Source: an uncultured Chitinophagaceae bacterium
Lineage (GTDB): Bacteria; Bacteroidota; Bacteroidia; Chitinophagales; Chitinophagaceae
Assembly (NCBI GenBank): GCA_964544695.1
Contig: CAZJDB010000154.1
Location: 1,095 to 65,094, forward strand
Length of the DNA: 64,000 nt
Reading direction: 5' to 3'
Under the pieces are notes generated by a model that was not told where the DNA came from, did no database searches, and saw only the letters and a list, made by a program, of their open reading frames with translations. A program made the translations under genes and the position numbers. Shown here piece by piece: positions 59,403 to 64,000 of the stretch. The number at the start of each line of letters is the position of its first letter. The stretch's first letter is position 1.

Positions 59403-60074
59403 ATGAAAAACAAAATGATGAAGGGCGCTCATCTCACCGAGAGGAAGTGTAAGGAGATCATCCGCCTTTTCTGTGAGGACCTGACCGCCACCCAGATTGC
59501 CGATGTCAGCGGCGTCAGCAGGGTCACGATCAACAATTACCTAAAGCTCATCCGGACGCACATCGCCAAGTATTGCGAGGAGCACAACCCGCGCTATCGC
59601 ATGGCTGGGGCATTTTCGTTTATGCCCATTCACGCCGGGGCCGTGTCGGGATTCCCTGATGAGCAGGAGGAAATGGGTTGGTTGTATGGCATTGCCCGCC
59701 ATGAGAAGAAGCTGTTTGTAGACATGCTCACCCGGCAGGAGTACGAACAATTACTCCAGGGCGTTTCCAACAGGTCCCCGCATTACACGGCCCTGGCGGA
59801 CATTTCAATGTGGCGCCTTACGAAACTCGAACCCCCATCCCTGCAGGCTTCCCTGCAAGACCAGGATGAGTACGACGTCTTTTGGTTCATGACCAAAAGC
59901 CGCTTGTCCAAGTTCAGGGGGTTGAACCGGAGTACCGCATGGCTGCACGTAAAGGAGTGTGAGTTCAGGTATAATTACCGCGCCGAGGACCTTTTCAAGT
60001 TATTGACCTACATCATACAACGTAGGCCCCTGCATTATTCTAAAGGGCTGGCTCTGGAGATGGAAAAAAAATAG
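59403..60074 (+). CDS. IS1595/IS1016-like transposase homologue lacking catalytic motifs (putative domesticated gene)
   Basis: N-terminal HTH LFCEDLTATQIADVSGVSRVTINNY and C-terminal FW..KSRLSKFRG....WLHVKECEFRYNYR match IS1016-type transposases; no VEVDESYFG or (S/T)DG motif. Confidence 0.75.
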   Translation: MKNKMMKGAHLTERKCKEIIRLFCEDLTATQIADVSGVSRVTINNYLKLIRTHIAKYCEEHNPRYRMAGAFSFMPIHAGAVSGFPDEQEEMGWLYGIARHEKKLFVDMLTRQEYEQLLQGVSNRSPHYTALADISMWRLTKLEPPSLQASLQDQDEYDVFWFMTKSRLSKFRGLNRSTAWLHVKECEFRYNYRAEDLFKLLTYIIQRRPLHYSKGLALEMEKK

Positions 60075-60162
60075 CAACCTACCCTTGTAAGGACTCTAAG
60101 GATAAGTTGCTACCACAATTTTCTCATGTCTGCCCGGTGAAGGTGGGTGTTACCACCCCTAA
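60064..60162 (-). ncRNA. Candidate ~100-nt antisense small RNA
   Basis: Minus-strand TATCTTGA box (60169-60176), GGGUG-GUAA-CACCC hairpin, 15-bp terminator stem with G:U pairs and U8 tail. Confidence 0.45.
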
Positions 60163-60241
60163 GCAGGATCAAGATAGCGATTTTTTAATATTCCCGTGTA
60201 TACGTGGAAGAAAATTCCTGTTGACGTCTAGGACCACGAAG

Positions 60242-60270
60242 ACTGCGCAAACCATTGCGCAGTTTTTTTT
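60242..60270 (+). terminator. Plus-strand intrinsic terminator ~170 nt after the transposase-like gene
   Basis: ACTGCGCA-AACCAT-TGCGCAGT then TTTTTTT. Confidence 0.85.
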
Positions 60271-60316
60271 CTGAGTGCAGCGTACTTGCAATGTATATTT
60301 ATGCAAACGAATGCAA

Positions 60317-61630
60317 ATGAAAGGATATGTGATCCTGATTGCCTCTGTTGCTGCGCTGGGCGGTCTCTTGTTCGGTTTCGATACGGCCGTCATCGCAGGG
60401 ACCACTTCCTATATCACAAAATATTTTTCGCTGACCAACTGGCAACTGGGATTGGCGGTCGCCGCCACATCCCTGGGCTGTATCGGGGGTGCCTTTGTCT
60501 CGGGACGGCTCGCTGATCGCTTCGGCCGCAAAAAGATCATGCTACTCACCGCCATCCTGTATATGGTAGCCGCCATTGGCAGTGGACTTGCCGGGACCTT
60601 TGCGACTTTGGTCATTTACCGTATCGTTGGAGGCGTGGCCATTGGCCTGGCTTCGGCGATTGCCCCCATTTACATTTCGGAGATCGCCCCTGCCGGGGAA
60701 AGGGGACGCCTTGGGATGTTGCAGCAATTGGCCATCGTCATCGGGATCCTGCTTTCCTCCTTGTCCAATTACCTTATAGCCCGGGTGGAAATCGACGATC
60801 CCTGGAGGTATATGCTGGGCATCGCTTTCCTTCCTTCCCTCGCCTTCTTTCTCTTGTTGTTACTTGTTCCTGAAAGCCCGCGCTGGCTGATCCTGAAGGG
60901 GAAGACCGCCCAGGGAGAGCGCATCTTCGCCAGGATATCCCCGGATGCAAAGGCCCTGGTGGAGGCCGTATTGGCAGAAACCGCGAGTCATGTGATCGCC
61001 CCCTTTCGGGAAATCTTCACCCATCGTTACCGCAGGGTGGTATTCATTGGCTTTTGTTTTGCCAGCCTCGCCCAACTGACGGGGATCAACATCATCTTTT
61101 ATTACGCCCCCCTGATTTTTCAAACGACGCACATGGGGGGAAGCGCCCTTTTTCAAACCCTCCTCCTTGGCATAGACAATCTTGTGTTCACCGTGGTAGC
61201 CTTTTGGATGATCGACCGGCTGGGGCGGAAAAAGCTCTTGCTGGCAGGTTCAGTGATCATGACGCTGTGCCTGGCGTTCCTGGGGATCCTGTTTTGGAAA
61301 CAAGCCACGAACAACGTGTACGTGTTGGCGGGCATGTTCTTGTACATCGCGGGCTTTGCGTGTTCCTGGGGCGTTGTCCTTTGGGTGTACGTCGCTGAGA
61401 TTTTCCCCAACCGTATCCGGGGCTCGGCCACCTCCATGGCGGTGACGGGGAACTGGACCGCCAATACCCTGGTCGTCCTGACCTTTCCCCAGATACTGGC
61501 TACCCTCAAGGGCGGCCCGACCTTCCTCGTCTATGCGGCCCTGAATGCGGGCATGATTTGGTTTGTCTGGAAATATGTTTTTGAAACTAAAGGGATACCC
61601 CTGGAAAAAATAGAGGGCGCCTATACATGA
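60317..61630 (+). CDS. MFS sugar porter
   Basis: ALGGLLFGFDTAVI, DRFGRK, YISEIAP..RG, PESPRWL, QLTGIN, ETKG..LE. Confidence 0.94.
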   Translation: MKGYVILIASVAALGGLLFGFDTAVIAGTTSYITKYFSLTNWQLGLAVAATSLGCIGGAFVSGRLADRFGRKKIMLLTAILYMVAAIGSGLAGTFATLVIYRIVGGVAIGLASAIAPIYISEIAPAGERGRLGMLQQLAIVIGILLSSLSNYLIARVEIDDPWRYMLGIAFLPSLAFFLLLLLVPESPRWLILKGKTAQGERIFARISPDAKALVEAVLAETASHVIAPFREIFTHRYRRVVFIGFCFASLAQLTGINIIFYYAPLIFQTTHMGGSALFQTLLLGIDNLVFTVVAFWMIDRLGRKKLLLAGSVIMTLCLAFLGILFWKQATNNVYVLAGMFLYIAGFACSWGVVLWVYVAEIFPNRIRGSATSMAVTGNWTANTLVVLTFPQILATLKGGPTFLVYAALNAGMIWFVWKYVFETKGIPLEKIEGAYT

Positions 61631-63114
61631 GAACCTTACTCGTAACCCTCTTGTGTTGTTGGGGCATGGGCGCCCTGGCTCAATGGCGTCCCTTGTATCA
61701 TTTCACCCCGGAAAAATTCTGGACCAACGACCCCAACGGTTTAATCTATCTCCATGGGGTTTATCAACTATACAACCAGCAAAACCCATACGGGAATGAA
61801 TGGGGACACATGAGCTGGGGCCACGCCTCCAGCACGGACCTGGTCCACTGGAAGCACCTCCCTTTGGCCATGCCGGAATCTGTGGAGGGCCCTGATACGA
61901 CGTGGCGATATTCGGGCTGCGCCGTATTCGACGCGCACAATACCTGCGGGTACTGCAAGGGCGGAGGATGCATCGTGGCCATCTACACGGCCGATCAACC
62001 CAACCGGCACCGCGAGTCACAGTATATGGCCTACAGTAACGATGGGGGTATGACCTTTACCAACTATGGAGGAAATCCCGTGCTGGACCTGGGCCTCAGC
62101 GATTTCAGGGATCCGAATGTCAGTTGGAATGCGCAACTTGGACGCTGGTTGATGGTGGTTTCCATGGTGGGGGATCACCAGGTGCGCTTTTATACCTCAC
62201 CCGACCTGAAGGTGTGGACCCTCCTGAGCAGTTTCGGCCCCCTGGGATTTGCAGGGGGTATTTGGGAATGCCCTTCGTTTTTCCAATTACCCGTGGAAGG
62301 AAAACCGGGCGTGCGTAAATGGGTGCTCACCCTTTCCTCTCCCGCTCCCCACGGAGGACCCTTCGTGCAATATTTCATCGGGGACTTCGATGGGAAGAAT
62401 TTTGTATGTCCGTCGGGCGATGTCCATCCATTTGACTATGGCAATACGTTTTACGCCTCCATTCCCTGGAGCGGAATGCGGACGTATCTTGGATGGATCG
62501 TGCCCGAGGCGAGGCCCACGTGGCCCTGGAGGGGATGCATGTCCATACCCCGGGACCTTTCCATTCGCGAAACGACCAAGGGGTATATTCTCGTGCAGGA
62601 GCCCGCGGCATTGATCCGCCAGGCTTTGCCCACGCTCAGCGGGCATCGGGAATACACATTGCGATCCGTGCACGATTCCTTGCAGTTGCCAGGCAATGCC
62701 TGGTGGCTGGAGGGGGACCTTCGCCCCGGAACCTCTGCCCGTGTGGGCTTGCGGATCGCGCGTAACCCGGCGACGGGGGAAGAAACCGTTATCGGCTACG
62801 ATAAAATCCTGGGCGCAGTATACGTGGACCGCAGCCATTCGGACACCAGCGGACTGAGCCGGGACAAGTTATTCCAGGTCATCCCCGCCGTACCGGAAAA
62901 CGGCGTCGTACACCTTGAGATCCTCCTGGACAAGTCCACATTGGAGGTCTTCGTGAACCATGGAGAAGCGGCGCTGACGACGCTCATCTTCCCTGGAAAG
63001 GGCGCGGGAGAATTGAGCGCTTTTGCCTCCGGCGGGTCCGCCATGCTGGAGCACCTGCGCGTGTGGAATTTGGATAATCTACCTGACGTGCCGGAGGCAC
63101 GTCCAAATCATTAA
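61627..63114 (+). CDS. GH32 beta-fructofuranosidase/levanase, secreted
   Basis: WTNDPNG, WGHA, FRDP and WECP motifs; signal peptide. Confidence 0.93.
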   Translation: MRTLLVTLLCCWGMGALAQWRPLYHFTPEKFWTNDPNGLIYLHGVYQLYNQQNPYGNEWGHMSWGHASSTDLVHWKHLPLAMPESVEGPDTTWRYSGCAVFDAHNTCGYCKGGGCIVAIYTADQPNRHRESQYMAYSNDGGMTFTNYGGNPVLDLGLSDFRDPNVSWNAQLGRWLMVVSMVGDHQVRFYTSPDLKVWTLLSSFGPLGFAGGIWECPSFFQLPVEGKPGVRKWVLTLSSPAPHGGPFVQYFIGDFDGKNFVCPSGDVHPFDYGNTFYASIPWSGMRTYLGWIVPEARPTWPWRGCMSIPRDLSIRETTKGYILVQEPAALIRQALPTLSGHREYTLRSVHDSLQLPGNAWWLEGDLRPGTSARVGLRIARNPATGEETVIGYDKILGAVYVDRSHSDTSGLSRDKLFQVIPAVPENGVVHLEILLDKSTLEVFVNHGEAALTTLIFPGKGAGELSAFASGGSAMLEHLRVWNLDNLPDVPEARPNH

Positions 63115-63126
63115 ATTTGTTTGGTA

Positions 63127-63621
63127 ATGCATATCCCACTACTCCTCTGGGCGCTCCTCGCCCTGGCACCGCAGCAGCCGGGGGCCGATTCCGCCCATAT
63201 CCCCGATTTCGATATCTCCCTGGTAGACGGGGCCCACTTCAAAAAAAGCGATCTGAAGGCCCACACTCCAGTAATGATCGTTTACTATTCCCCCACGTGC
63301 GAACATTGTCAGCACTTCGGGCAGACACTGGCCGATCACATAGGCACGTTCAAAAACGCCCAGATCGTCATGGTCACTTTCCGCCCTGTGAATGAAGTCG
63401 CGGACTTCACGCGGATATGCCACCTCAACGGGACGCCCGCGATCATCGGTACCGAGGGACTTACCTTTTTGGTGCAGCACCACTATGCCGTACAGCGTTT
63501 TCCCTTTGTCGCTACCTACGACAAGCACGGACACCTTTCCGGGATATTCCGGGATCCCCCCGCGATGGATACCTTAGTCCAAAGCCTTTTTGGTAAGGGT
63601 TCTCCTGGGGAAGTTAAATAG
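63127..63621 (+). CDS. Exported thioredoxin-like (TlpA/redoxin) protein
   Basis: Signal peptide; YYSPTCEHC; RFP cis-Pro motif. Confidence 0.8.
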   Translation: MHIPLLLWALLALAPQQPGADSAHIPDFDISLVDGAHFKKSDLKAHTPVMIVYYSPTCEHCQHFGQTLADHIGTFKNAQIVMVTFRPVNEVADFTRICHLNGTPAIIGTEGLTFLVQHHYAVQRFPFVATYDKHGHLSGIFRDPPAMDTLVQSLFGKGSPGEVK

Positions 63622-64000
63622 CAGGCTGGTGACGATGGGGACGAAGAAAATGACGATGGTCAGGATGGACGTCGCGATGTCCGCCATATGACTGGCCAAA
63701 AAACGGCTTAGGGGGGAATCGGGCACGAAATGCTCGTACAGGGACAACACCAGCTTCAAGCCCAGTATCCCGATCACCACGAAGGCCGAAGTCTCGAGGA
63801 AGGTATACGTTTCCATCAGTTTCACGAACCAGCCGGCAATCAGGCGCATGGCCAGGATGCCGATAAAGACCCCAGTGCAAACCAGGATGATATTGGGCGT
63901 AAATGCAACGGCGGCAAAGACGTTGTCCATGGAAAAAGCCATGTCCATCAACTCCACGAGCGCCACGGTAGCCCAGAACGGGCCCAGGGCGCCGACGGTG
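63574..64000 (-). CDS. TerC-family membrane protein, C-terminal part (5' end outside window)
   Basis: FWATVALVELMDMAFSMDNVFAAVA, GILAMR, FLETSAF; frame open to the window edge. Confidence 0.88.
   Translation of the reverse strand, partial: TVGALGPFWATVALVELMDMAFSMDNVFAAVAFTPNIILVCTGVFIGILAMRLIAGWFVKLMETYTFLETSAFVVIGILGLKLVLSLYEHFVPDSPLSRFLASHMADIATSILTIVIFFVPIVTSLLFNFPRRTLTKKALD

Noticed and set aside
59226..59432. 68-aa minus-strand ORF upstream of the transposase-like gene
   Set aside because: No recognisable features; overlaps the start of the real gene
59403..60074. Active IS1595-family insertion sequence
   Set aside because: Catalytic motifs missing; no terminal inverted repeats or target duplication recognised
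60110..60127. Five-codon ORF MRKLW inside the candidate antisense RNA
   Set aside because: Too short to tell from chance; its stop falls in the terminator stem

Overview
GC-rich bacterial chromosomal segment, most likely Bacteroidota of the Chitinophagaceae type. This is inferred from TAnnTTTG promoter boxes, a lack of obvious Shine-Dalgarno sites, and DUF4421/DUF6249/DUF6728/DUF2807-type genes. It is mostly core and housekeeping genes: end of a kdp operon with a porin and split KdpD, tRNA-Ala(GGC), trxA, a TonB-dependent receptor, a sigma54-controlled MacB/TolC efflux operon with its own two-component system, lpxB, surE, an XRE/S24 LexA-like repressor, the four-gene ligase-associated DNA-damage cluster, guaA, rpsT, sucAB, an ECF sigma module, mnmA, ssb, GH92, radC, prs-rplY-pth, a fused E1 alpha/beta dehydrogenase and an MFS-GH32 pair. 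Best candidates for something new: (1) an IS1016/IS1595-like transposase homologue that has lost its DDE motifs (59403-60074), followed by a structured ~200-nt region with a candidate ~100-nt antisense sRNA; (2) an AT-rich cassette inside the DNA-repair cluster encoding a DUF4760-like membrane protein plus a 12-aa micro-ORF with its own promoter box and terminator; (3) tandem CTAA-N5-TTAG operators before the LexA-like repressor; (4) many apparently leaderless genes. All family calls come from motif recognition by eye; no database searches were run. Several start codons were moved from the ORF track to more plausible downstream starts.
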